A stretch of 64,000 nucleotides of DNA from the NCBI GenBank assembly GCA_001776545.1, contig MFBZ01000029.1:11988-75987 (forward strand), written 5' to 3'. The notes under the pieces were generated by a model. It was given only the letters and a program-made list of their open reading frames with translations. It searched no databases and was not told the DNA's origin. Below are positions 41,198 through 51,010 of this stretch, one piece after another. Position 1 is the first letter of the stretch, and each line of letters begins with the position of its first letter. Made by a program: the position numbers and the translations under genes. The stretch comes from Candidatus Curtissbacteria bacterium RIFCSPLOWO2_12_FULL_41_16 (lineage in GTDB: Bacteria; Patescibacteriota; Microgenomatia; Curtissbacterales; GWA2-41-24).

Positions 41198-42379
41198 ATG
41201 ACAAATAACAAGGCAAGACTAATCCTTAAAGATGGCACAATATTTGCTGGGCTTGCTGCCGGCTCCCAAACTTCCGTCGCTGGTGAGGTCGTTTTCACAA
41301 CCGGCATGGTTGGCTATGACCAAAGCCTAACCGATCCGTCCTACTCCGGCCAAATCTTGGTTTTTACTTATCCATTAATCGGCAACTGGGGAGTACCACC
41401 TCAAGAATTTTGGGAATCGGAAAAAATCCATGTTTCAGGCGTTGTCATAAGCGACCTGACTACCAATCCTAGCCATTGGCAATCCCAAAAATCCCTCAAC
41501 CAGTGGTTGCAGGAAGAAAATATCCCGGCAATTGTCGGTATTGACACGAGAAAACTCACCCAGAAATTAAGGGAAAAAGGTGTCATGCTTGGCAAAATTG
41601 TGGTAGGGGATCAAGACGTCAAACTTTACGATCCTAATGCCGAAAATCTCGTCGAGCGGGTTTCTCCCAAGGAGGTAGTAATTCACAGACCGAAGTTGGA
41701 AGTGGGAAGTGAGAAAAATCTAACCTCTCACCTCAAAAATCCAGCTTCCCACCTCTCACATCGCACATCCCCAAAAGTTGGCCTTTTAAACTGTGGTGCC
41801 AAAAGAAATATTTTGAGAAATCTCCGCGCTCGCGGAGCAACGGTCTATGAACTTCCCTGGAATTTCGACCCATTCCCAGAGTCAAACACCCCCGGGGTGG
41901 GCTCTGACCCCCTGGGGGTGAGTCGAAAGATTAAAATTGATGGACTAATGATCTCAAACGGTCCAGGCGATCCAAAAATGGCCAAAGAATCTATCGCCAT
42001 CATCAAAAAAGCTCTCAAGGCGAAAATCCCCACTTTTGGCATTTGTCTTGGCAACCAGCTTCTGGCACTTGCAGCCGGCGGCGACACCTACAAACTTAAA
42101 TTTGGCCATCGGGCACAAAACCAACCGACAATAGAGGTGGGGAAGGAACGCTGCTACATTACCACCCAAAATCATGGCTTTGCGGTGGATGAGAAAAGAA
42201 TGCCAGACGGTTTTCGCCGCTGGTTCACAAACGCCAACGACAATACCAACGAAGGCATCATCCACCAAAAACTACCGTTCTTTTCAGTCCAATTCCATCC
42301 GGAAGCAAGCCCCGGCCCCACCGATACCGAATTCCTGTTTGATTATTTTTTGAACAAAGTGAAAAAAAGAGCTGCGTGA
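41198..42379 (+). CDS. carA: carbamoyl-phosphate synthase small subunit
   Basis: GEVVFTTGMVGY, SNGPGDP, GICLG, QFHPE; two in-frame repeat inserts. Confidence 0.96.
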   Translation: MTNNKARLILKDGTIFAGLAAGSQTSVAGEVVFTTGMVGYDQSLTDPSYSGQILVFTYPLIGNWGVPPQEFWESEKIHVSGVVISDLTTNPSHWQSQKSLNQWLQEENIPAIVGIDTRKLTQKLREKGVMLGKIVVGDQDVKLYDPNAENLVERVSPKEVVIHRPKLEVGSEKNLTSHLKNPASHLSHRTSPKVGLLNCGAKRNILRNLRARGATVYELPWNFDPFPESNTPGVGSDPLGVSRKIKIDGLMISNGPGDPKMAKESIAIIKKALKAKIPTFGICLGNQLLALAAGGDTYKLKFGHRAQNQPTIEVGKERCYITTQNHGFAVDEKRMPDGFRRWFTNANDNTNEGIIHQKLPFFSVQFHPEASPGPTDTEFLFDYFLNKVKKRAA

Positions 42380-42405
42380 CCTTTCATGGAAAAACTTAGA
42401 TAAAA

Positions 42406-45400
42406 ATGACCAATTTAAAAATCAAAAAAGTCTTGCTTCTTGGCTCCGGGGCTTTGAAGATCGGCCAAGCCGGAGAATTTGATTATTCCGGCTCCCAAGC
42501 CATCAAAGCGCTCAAGGAAGAAAGCATAGAGGTAATATTAATTAACCCAAATATAGCAACAATCCAAACCTCGGAGGGTTTTGCGACAAGGGTTTATTTT
42601 TTGCCCCTTGAGCCTTATTTTGTCGAGGAAGTGATCCGGAAAGAAAAACCAAACGGTATTTTGCTTTCCTTCGGCGGCCAGACAGCTCTCAACTGTGGGC
42701 TAGCTCTTGCCAAAAACGGCACATTAGCCAAGTATCAAGTCCGGGTCTTGGGCACACCAATTCCGGCAATTGAGAAAACAGAAGATCGGCAACTCTTCGC
42801 CGATTCTTTAATAAGAATTGGGCTTTTGGTACCGACAAGCAAAGCCGTCAGAAATCTCGCGGGCGCAAGGAAAGTTGCGCAAAGCATCGGTTATCCACTG
42901 ATGGTAAGATCCGGCTTTTCTTTGGGAGGCCAGGACTCCGGAGTTGCCAGAGGTTGGCAAGAACTTTCGGAAATCGCCAAGAAAGCTCTGGCTAAATCTC
43001 CGCAAATACTAATAGAGAAGTACCTTGGCGGCTGGAAAGAAGTTGAATACGAGGTGGTTCGCGACAGTTTTGATAATTGTATTGCAGTCTGCAACATGGA
43101 AAATATCGATCCGATGGGCATACATACGGGAGAATCGATCGTCGTTGCGCCCTCGCAAACATTAAACAATTTCGAGTATCACTCCCTTCGCGAAGTTGCC
43201 ATCAAGGTCATTAGACACTTGGGAATTGTCGGAGAGTGCAATATCCAGTTCGCCCTAAACCCTAGGCCGCTTGCGGCCGAGTCCGCCAATAATTCGCCAA
43301 TTAATCAGCTTGACTACCGCATTATCGAGGTCAATGCCCGCCTCTCCCGAAGCTCGGCTTTGGCCTCCAAAGCAACCGGCTATCCTTTAGCTTATGTTGC
43401 AGCCAAGCTTGCTCTTGGATATTCTTTAACTGAACTTAAAAACGCAGTTACCCAAAAAACAATTGCCTGCTTTGAACCGGCCCTGGATTATCTTGCCCTC
43501 AAAATTCCCCGCTGGGACCTTGGCAAATTCATAAAAAGCGAAAATCAAATTGGTTCTTCCATGCAATCGGTTGGCGAAGTTATGGCGCTAGGGCGCAAAT
43601 TTGAAGAGGCGCTCCAAAAAGCGGTGAGAATGCTGGATATCGGTTTTGAAGGAATCTTGGATGAGAAAGCTCCGGGTCTTGTTTACAGCAAACCTACTCC
43701 CTGGCGGCTTTTTGCAATCGCCAAAAGCGTCAAAGGCGGGACTTCGGTTGCCAAAATCCACAAGCAGACAGGCATAGACCCGTTTTTTATAGAAAAAATT
43801 AAAAATCTTGTCCAAATGGAGGAGAAAATCAAAAAAACTGGCCAAAATCTGACTACGGAATTATTAAGAGGAGCAAAAGAGTACGGATTTTCTGATGCCC
43901 GAATCGCCAAGTTAATAAAATCAAAAGAAGAAACTGTAACCAAAAAACGAGAAGCATGGGGAATAGTTCCTTCTGTCAAACAAATCGACACTCTGGCAGC
44001 AGAATACCCGGCCGAAACAAACTACCTCTATCTTACATATAATGGGGAGGGAGACGACATAGATAACAGAAAGTCGAAAGTCAAAGTCGAAAGTCAAAGT
44101 CAGATCAAAAATCAAAAAGACTTTTCACTTCACACTTTGACTCCACACTCCAATGACCGCAAGGTCATTGTCTTGGGTTCCGGACCTTACAGAATAGGTT
44201 CTTCTGTAGAATTTGATTGGTGCTGTGTAACCTGCGCCCAAACAATCAGCCAAAATGGTTTCGCCAGCATAATTATCAATTGCAACCCAGAAACCGTCTC
44301 AACGGATTATGACATGGCCCAAAAACTTTACTTTGAAGAGCTGACTGCCGAGACCGTAATGGAAATCTACAAAAAAGAGAGGGCATCCTGCGTAATCATT
44401 TCAATGGGTGGCCAAACTCCAAATAATCTGGCGACGAAATTAGAAGCGGCCGGCGCAAAAATCTTAGGAACCAGTACTAAATCAATAGACACAGCCGAAG
44501 ACAGAAGTAAGTTCTCAAGGCTCTGTGATGAACTCAAAATAGCCCAGCCAATTTGGGCCAAGTTTGAAAATATAGATGAGGCGGTCGGCTTTGCCGAAAA
44601 AATCAAATATCCCGTTCTAATTCGTCCTTCTTACGTCCTTTCCGGTACCGCCATGAACGTCGCTTTTACCTCAAAGGACCTTAGGGAGTACCTGGAACTT
44701 GCATCAAAAGTCTCAAGAGAATACCCGGTCGTTATTTCTAAATTCCACCAGGATGCCAAGGAACTGGAAATTGACGCTGTTGCTGAAAGGGGAAACATTA
44801 TTTGTTCCACAATTACCGAGCACGTTGAAAATGCAGGCGTTCACAGTGGTGATTCCACTGTCCTTTTACCGCCGCAAAAATTGTATTTGGCAACAGTCAA
44901 GCAAGCTGAGACAATAGCCCAAAAAATCGCAAAAACTCTTCAAATAAGCGGCCCTTTTAACATTCAATTCTTGGCAACAGACAACAATATTCTGGTAATC
45001 GAATGCAACTTGCGGGCTTCAAGAAGCTTCCCTTTCGTTTCAAAAGTCACGGGGGTTAATTTCGCCAAAATCGCAACCGAGGCAATTCTTGGCAAAAAGA
45101 TCAAACCAGTGGCGGCAAACAACATTTCCTACGTCGGAGTAAAATCCCCCCAATTTTCTTTTTCCAGAATAAAAGGCGCGGATCCGATTTTGCGGGTTGA
45201 AATGGCCTCAACCGGGGAAGTGGCTTGTTTTGGCCACGATGTTTATGAAGCTTTTTTAAAATCTTTAATCGCAAGTGGCGTAAGCCTCCCGCAAAAATCG
45301 GTTTTTGTCTCGCTGGCCGGAGAGGAAAACAAAGTCAAGTTTTTAGAGGCAGCCCGGACGCTCTCCAACATCGGACTGAAAATCTATGCTACCGAGGGAA

Positions 45401-45708
45401 CAAGTAAATTTTTAAGGGGACACCTGATCGAGGCAAACAAACTCCATAAAATTCATGAAAACAAAAAACCCAACATCCTCTCGTATCTCAACGACAAAAA
45501 AATAGACCTTGTCATCAACATTTTTGACCCTTACTTCAAAAAAGAATTTGACGACGATTATCTAATCCGCAGAGCCACAATTGATTTTGGGATACCGCTT
45601 CTTACCAATCTGCAAACTGCGGAGCTTTTCGTCAAAGCTTTAGCCAAAAAACAATTGGCAGATCTCAAAACTCTGCCATGGGATGCCTATGTCACTCCCC
45701 AAAACTAA
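42406..45708 (+). CDS. carB: carbamoyl-phosphate synthase large subunit
   Basis: IGQAGEFDYSG, EVNARLSRSSALASKATGYP, NCNPETVSTD, MGS domain. Confidence 0.97.
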   Translation: MTNLKIKKVLLLGSGALKIGQAGEFDYSGSQAIKALKEESIEVILINPNIATIQTSEGFATRVYFLPLEPYFVEEVIRKEKPNGILLSFGGQTALNCGLALAKNGTLAKYQVRVLGTPIPAIEKTEDRQLFADSLIRIGLLVPTSKAVRNLAGARKVAQSIGYPLMVRSGFSLGGQDSGVARGWQELSEIAKKALAKSPQILIEKYLGGWKEVEYEVVRDSFDNCIAVCNMENIDPMGIHTGESIVVAPSQTLNNFEYHSLREVAIKVIRHLGIVGECNIQFALNPRPLAAESANNSPINQLDYRIIEVNARLSRSSALASKATGYPLAYVAAKLALGYSLTELKNAVTQKTIACFEPALDYLALKIPRWDLGKFIKSENQIGSSMQSVGEVMALGRKFEEALQKAVRMLDIGFEGILDEKAPGLVYSKPTPWRLFAIAKSVKGGTSVAKIHKQTGIDPFFIEKIKNLVQMEEKIKKTGQNLTTELLRGAKEYGFSDARIAKLIKSKEETVTKKREAWGIVPSVKQIDTLAAEYPAETNYLYLTYNGEGDDIDNRKSKVKVESQSQIKNQKDFSLHTLTPHSNDRKVIVLGSGPYRIGSSVEFDWCCVTCAQTISQNGFASIIINCNPETVSTDYDMAQKLYFEELTAETVMEIYKKERASCVIISMGGQTPNNLATKLEAAGAKILGTSTKSIDTAEDRSKFSRLCDELKIAQPIWAKFENIDEAVGFAEKIKYPVLIRPSYVLSGTAMNVAFTSKDLREYLELASKVSREYPVVISKFHQDAKELEIDAVAERGNIICSTITEHVENAGVHSGDSTVLLPPQKLYLATVKQAETIAQKIAKTLQISGPFNIQFLATDNNILVIECNLRASRSFPFVSKVTGVNFAKIATEAILGKKIKPVAANNISYVGVKSPQFSFSRIKGADPILRVEMASTGEVACFGHDVYEAFLKSLIASGVSLPQKSVFVSLAGEENKVKFLEAARTLSNIGLKIYATEGTSKFLRGHLIEANKLHKIHENKKPNILSYLNDKKIDLVINIFDPYFKKEFDDDYLIRRATIDFGIPLLTNLQTAELFVKALAKKQLADLKTLPWDAYVTPQN

Positions 45709-45783
45709 ATAAGGTTCGCTCCAGTATCACTCATTGCCGCTTTCCTTGACTGGAATAAACAAAACCTAACATAATTAAGTCAG

Positions 45784-46373
45784 ATGAAATCTGCCCGCAA
45801 AAGGATTTTTCGCCTAATAACTTCAAAGCAAAAAAGCTTCACGCTCATTGAACTTCTTATCGTTATTGCCATTTTGGGAGTTTTGGCGGCTGCAGTCATG
45901 GTCGCAGTCAATCCGACAAAAAGAACCGGGCAAGCTCGTGACACCCAAAGGAAATCAGATCTGTCCCAAATCGTCAGCGCACTAGAAGCTTATTATGCAT
46001 TTAAAGCTAACTATCCCAATCCTTACTCTCCCAGCCCGGTGACATTGATAGTTCAACCGAATGTTGGATAAAAAATCTTGAACTCTGCGCCGGCAACCCG
46101 TTTACATTGTACGAACTAATCAAAAATCAAGACATCAAAAGATTACCATACGACCCCGGGAAAAATATCTTACCGGGAACGGGTGGTTGTGGTGTGGCCC
46201 AGGCTTACCTCTATCACGCCTCGGCAAACGCCGATTATTTCATTTTATATGGTGTTCTGGAAGAAAAGGGGAACCAAGAGTGCAAACCTGAGTGCGAAAT
46301 TACCCTAGGAGCCGAAACCTTTGGATTTCATTTTTGTTATGATTCAAGACAAAACAAATTCATCGGAATCTAA
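45784..46373 (+). pseudogene. solitary type IV pilin split by a frameshift
   Basis: S|[16 protein letters not shown] in 45784-46071; pilin C-terminal half continues in the -1 frame, open 46011-46373. Confidence 0.75.
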
Positions 46374-46376
46374 AAC

Positions 46377-47309
46377 CTATTTATTCCCAGAATGAAAGGC
46401 CTTATGCACGTCGCGAAGCTGCGCGTTGGTCACGTGGGTGTAGATTTGGGTGGTAGAAACGTTTTTGTGGCCCAAAAGTTCCTGAACCGAGCGCAAATCC
46501 GCCCCGTTCATCAGAAGATCTGTGGCAAAAGAATGTCTCAAAGCATGCGGCGTAGCCTTAATCGGCAAACGTGCTTTGCGCACATATTTTTCGATAAGCC
46601 TCTGCACCGAGCGGGGAGTCAACCTCAATTTCTCTAAATTTTGGGTGGGCTCCCTGTTGCCAGCATAACGGATGAATAAAGCTTTTGACTGATCTGTTCT
46701 TTTGGCTAAATACTTCTCGAGCCAAATTGTCGCCCGGTCGGACAAAAAGACCACTCGAGCTCGTCCGCCTTTGCCGATGACCCCAAACTCTCTTCTCTCG
46801 AGATTGATTTGGTCTCGATTCAATTTACATAACTCTGACACCCTGAGTCCTGTTGAAAAAAGCATTTCCATAATCGTCTTATCGCGAATTCCTTGCTTGC
46901 CGGAAATATCAGGTTGAGCAAGTAAACGCTCAAGCTGGTCTCGATCCAAAAATTTCAAAGATCTGGATTCAACCTTTGGCAAATCAATCTTCTCTGGTGC
47001 CACCACCGGCAAATCCTTCCTTATTAAATATCTCAGAAAAGACCGCAAGGCTATTACATAATAATTTTGGGTGACTTTTTTGATTGGCAAATTACCGTTT
47101 GGACTGTTGTAATGGGCTAAATAAACCCTATATTTGCGGATTAACTCCACGGTAATATCCTGAGGCTTGGCAATGGGGGACTGGGCTTTGGACCACGAGG
47201 CAAAATTCTCAAGATAGTGCCGGTAGTCGCGAATGGTTAGGGGAGAGAGGTTGCGTTCAATCTCTAAATATTCGAGGAATTCGTTAACTAAAGCAGGTAG
47301 ATCGAACAT
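46377..47309 (-). CDS. XerC/D-family tyrosine recombinase
   Basis: TGLRVSEL, GKGG, HALRHSFAT, LLGH, TTQIY. Confidence 0.95.
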   Translation of the reverse strand: MFDLPALVNEFLEYLEIERNLSPLTIRDYRHYLENFASWSKAQSPIAKPQDITVELIRKYRVYLAHYNSPNGNLPIKKVTQNYYVIALRSFLRYLIRKDLPVVAPEKIDLPKVESRSLKFLDRDQLERLLAQPDISGKQGIRDKTIMEMLFSTGLRVSELCKLNRDQINLERREFGVIGKGGRARVVFLSDRATIWLEKYLAKRTDQSKALFIRYAGNREPTQNLEKLRLTPRSVQRLIEKYVRKARLPIKATPHALRHSFATDLLMNGADLRSVQELLGHKNVSTTQIYTHVTNAQLRDVHKAFHSGNK

Positions 47310-47575
47310 TTTGTTAATCGTGAATCGTTAATAGTTCATCGGGAAAATAAACCCCATGAACGATACACGATCAACGATCTTCATTACATTCTACGACGCT
47401 TTCAAACTAAAAATCAACAAGTAGGGAAGCCAGCCCCAAAATTGTACGACAACATAAGAAGCTTATAAGGTTGAGTCAACGCTAACCAAGCTAACGATCC
47501 CGTATCGTTAAGTCTAGTTACCGTTAAATATGGGGTCTTTACAAAAGACGATTGCCAGTTGTTATAATACCTCAC

Positions 47576-48559
47576 ATGTCACCGGTAGAAAGAAGTGTTG
47601 CAGTTGCACCCGAAACAGAACCTCATAGATTAATCGCTTTATTAGTCCCAGGGCAAGGAAAGCAAAGAGTTGGCATGGGGTGGGAATTATGGCAAAGATA
47701 TCCACCCGTCAAAGAACTTTTTTCTCTTGCGAGCGAAGTCACTGGACAAGACGTGGCAAGACTCTGTTTTGAAGGACCAGAAGGAGAATTAAATAAACCC
47801 GAGAACGCTCAAACTGCTATTCTCATTAATCACCAAGCCAATTTAATTGCTCTCCAAAAAGAGGGTAAGCTACATATAGAAGATATAAGTCTAGTCGCAG
47901 GCCATTCTTTAGGTGAATTAAGTGGTTTAGTTCCTGCAGGAGCTATTAGTGTTGAAGATCTTTTGATATTAGGCAGGGAAAGAGGCAAGGGTACACAAAT
48001 AGCTTATGAAAGACATCCAAGTAGAATGGTCGCTTTAAAGAATCCTTCAGAAGAGATTAGGAAACTGCTACAAACATTGGGTGTACAAGTGTGCATAACC
48101 AATACTGATAATCTGGTTACGTTTGGTGGACTTGAAAAAGCCATAGCAGAAGCAAAAAGATTACTTACCGAAAAAAAGATCCCCTTTGCAGAGGTAAATG
48201 TAGCAGGCGCATTCCATACTAAATGGATGAAACCAGCAGTAGAATACGTAGTTGAGGCCCTACGCAGAATTCATATACGTGACGCAAGAATTCCTCTAGT
48301 TGCAAACACAACCGGTAAACTTATCCAAACACGGGATCAAATCGAAAAGGAAATAATTGCCCAACTGACGGAACCAGTGCAGTGGGATAAAACTATCGCC
48401 CATTTAAAAGATCAACAGACGGATGAAACTATTGAAATTGGAGAAAATAATCATCTAAGTAAATGGAATACGGCAATGATAGGCGGCGGAATTACAGTTA
48501 TCACCATAGCTGGAATTACTTTAGCTTCAATTTGGCGCCGCCACCACCAAGCTCATTGA
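47576..48559 (+). CDS. fabD: malonyl-CoA:ACP transacylase-like protein with C-terminal hydrophobic tail
   Basis: PGQG.Q, GHSLGE, RG, GAFHT, QLTEPVQW, EIG; ATG 47576. Confidence 0.85.
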   Translation: MSPVERSVAVAPETEPHRLIALLVPGQGKQRVGMGWELWQRYPPVKELFSLASEVTGQDVARLCFEGPEGELNKPENAQTAILINHQANLIALQKEGKLHIEDISLVAGHSLGELSGLVPAGAISVEDLLILGRERGKGTQIAYERHPSRMVALKNPSEEIRKLLQTLGVQVCITNTDNLVTFGGLEKAIAEAKRLLTEKKIPFAEVNVAGAFHTKWMKPAVEYVVEALRRIHIRDARIPLVANTTGKLIQTRDQIEKEIIAQLTEPVQWDKTIAHLKDQQTDETIEIGENNHLSKWNTAMIGGGITVITIAGITLASIWRRHHQAH

Positions 48560-48612
48560 CAACACAAACGCATCGACAAAACTATCTCGCTCTTGCTACA
48601 ATATTACTCTAA

Positions 48613-49329
48613 ATGCCCCAACCCAAATACAAACGCGTTCTTCTCAAACTCTCCGGAGAAACTTTTCTTGGCAAAAGAGAGTACGGAATTGACCCTGAAT
48701 TTTGCGAGTGGCTGGCCCGCGAAATCATCAAGGCTCATAAGACAGATGCCCAAATTGCCGTTGTTGTCGGCGGAGGTAATATCTTTCGCGGAACCTCAGC
48801 CCAAGAAAATGGACTTGAGAGAACGATCGGCGACTACATCGGCATGCTGGCAACAATAATGAACTCACTGGCACTTCAGGCAGCCCTAGAAAAAGAAAAT
48901 CAGGAAACTCGAGTTCTTTCCGCAATCCAAATTCCAGACGTCTGCGAACCGTACATCCGTCGCCGCGCCATCCGCCATATGGAAAAGGGCAGAGTAGTGA
49001 TTTTTGCAGGCGGCACCGGCAATCCTTATTTCACAACCGATACCGCAGCGGCACTGCGCGCCCTTGAAACCGAATGTCAGATAATTCTCAAAGCCACCAA
49101 AGTCGACGGCGTTTACAACAAAGATCCCCGAAAATACAAGGATGCTAAAAAACTGGGATCCCTAACCTTCACCCAGGCCATCGCCGATAAAGAAATAGAA
49201 ATAATGGACAACAGTGCCCTTTCTTTGTGTATGGACCATAAAATTCCCATTTTAGTCTTTGATCTTGCCAAAGAAGACAACATCGCCCGTGCCATCTTGG
49301 GTGAAAAGCTCGGCACCCTCATCTTCTAA
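48613..49329 (+). CDS. pyrH: UMP kinase
   Basis: RVLLKLSGE, GGGNIFRG, GTGNPYFTTDTAAALRA. Confidence 0.97.
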   Translation: MPQPKYKRVLLKLSGETFLGKREYGIDPEFCEWLAREIIKAHKTDAQIAVVVGGGNIFRGTSAQENGLERTIGDYIGMLATIMNSLALQAALEKENQETRVLSAIQIPDVCEPYIRRRAIRHMEKGRVVIFAGGTGNPYFTTDTAAALRALETECQIILKATKVDGVYNKDPRKYKDAKKLGSLTFTQAIADKEIEIMDNSALSLCMDHKIPILVFDLAKEDNIARAILGEKLGTLIF

Positions 49330-49638
49330 TTAAACCCAAATCCGTCGAAAGACCTCGCCTAAAACCGTCTAAAAACCCCAATTGACCTCACCTGACCCAC
49401 CAAAGACCCTAAAACGGCTTTTTTGGCATCAAGACAACTCAATCATCATTATAATTGGTCAAAGAGAATCCAAAATAAGCAATTTGGGACAAATAGGGGA
49501 TAAATAGATCAAAAGCGACAAGTTTAAAGTTGAAAGTTAAAAGTTCAAAGTAGAGGAAATTAGCAAAAATAAAACTTTGAATTTTGAACTTTAAATTTTG
49601 AATTAATCCAGCTTCATTCCCTATCCCATGCCCGTTTT

Positions 49639-49666
49639 ACGTCGCAAAAGTATTATTGTGCGACGC
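49639..49666. other. dif-like 11-6-11 symmetric site
   Basis: ACGTCGCAAAA-GTATTA-TTGTGCGACGC, about 2.3 kb from the xer gene. Confidence 0.45.
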
Positions 49667-50320
49667 AATGACCAATAACAATAGAAACATAATCTTATTC
49701 GTAGGGAGTATAAAGGCAAATACGGTGAATAATAAATTGTCAAATGTAAATTGTTAACTGTCAACTGCTCCCCAAAAAGCCACTCCTCCCATAAATCTAT
49801 AATTGGCTTTTTTGGAGATTAGCACTCTTTTCACGCAGTCGCTAAAATTAGCTCACGTAAATTTTAGAGGATAGAGGATAAAAGAAACCTCCACCCGCTT
49901 TGCGAGGAGTATTAAATAAAATATCCCTAGGCCCGCAGTCCCGAGTTTATCGAGGGACGAGGACCGCAAGATTCATGTCCATAAATATTTCAGTTCCGAC
50001 CTGTCAAGGTTGGAATGAAATTCTAACTATGAATCTTATAATTATTTTTCACGCTTCTCACTCGCCTTTTTCACATACAATATCAAACTATATCATCTTC
50101 CACTCTACCCCGCCTCCCCTGTCACCTGTTTTTTAAAACTTTCCGAAGCAAATTTGAAGCTAAATATTTTGTTAATTGTCAATTCTTAAATATCAATTGT
50201 TTCCAAAAACACCCTCTTCCCCAAACAAAACTATAGGTTAGGTATTTCGCTTGTAAACCTCGCAATTTTAAAACTGCGATAATTTGATCTTTAATTCAAA
50301 AAAGTCTATAATTTGCGCCT

Positions 50321-50977
50321 ATGAGTAAAGAAAAACAAGGAAACCGGCTTGAAGGCAATCAGCCGACTCAAGTTATTGGTCCCGAAGGCTTATTGTTAAG
50401 AGCAGTTTTTGGGATCAAGAAAACCCCGATTCCACCGGAATTTGCCAAAGCTCGAAAAGAGGCTGTTGACGAAGCACTGAAAACGCTGACCGCAAGAGAA
50501 CGGCATATTCTTTCTCTTGTTTTCGGTTTTGCGACCGGGCGCCCACAAACACTGGCCGCGGTTGCCAAACAAACTCCCCGTATTGACAATCCAAGTATCC
50601 ATATCACATATCAAGTATCGAGTTCTCTTGTAACAAAAGCTCTCAGCAAATTACGCCACCCAACAAGAAGCAGTGCTTTAAGTCTATTCTTGCCTCTTTC
50701 CGATAACAGTTTGGGTAAAAGCGTTTGGGGGATAAATTTTGGTTACGAACTTCTAAGGCACTCTCCTTGCGTCGATATTGCAAATTTAGACGTTGAGGAA
50801 ATGAATCTTTCGGACGAAACGCTTGAGGAACTAAGAAACAAAGGAATTCTGTTTCCGGGAACCAAACTCAATCGATTAATCAGCTATCCCCCAAATCGAT
50901 TACCGCTGGCCATAAGAAGAAAACCAAACTCGTCTCTTTCCGAATCCGCCCGATCGGAACTCATCCAAAGCCTATAG
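50321..50977 (+). CDS. sigma70 region-4-like HTH protein with a possible alphaCTD-like segment
   Basis: LTARERHILSLVFG...TLAAVA...KALSKLRHPTRS; LDVEEMNLSDETLEELRNKGI; TTGATC-17-TATAAT promoter. Confidence 0.65.
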   Translation: MSKEKQGNRLEGNQPTQVIGPEGLLLRAVFGIKKTPIPPEFAKARKEAVDEALKTLTARERHILSLVFGFATGRPQTLAAVAKQTPRIDNPSIHITYQVSSSLVTKALSKLRHPTRSSALSLFLPLSDNSLGKSVWGINFGYELLRHSPCVDIANLDVEEMNLSDETLEELRNKGILFPGTKLNRLISYPPNRLPLAIRRKPNSSLSESARSELIQSL

Positions 50978-51010
50978 GGGTTAGAAGCCAAGCACAAGAT
51001 CAAACACGAC

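Noticed and set aside
45784-47309. Pilin shufflon or gene-conversion cassette driven by the adjacent recombinase
   Set aside because: No repeated crossover sites or extra cassettes were seen; the two pilin 5' ends differ at many synonymous sites, and the recombinase looks like a housekeeping Xer.
49330-50320. Replication origin
   Set aside because: No cluster of DnaA boxes seen, and no dnaA/dnaN nearby.
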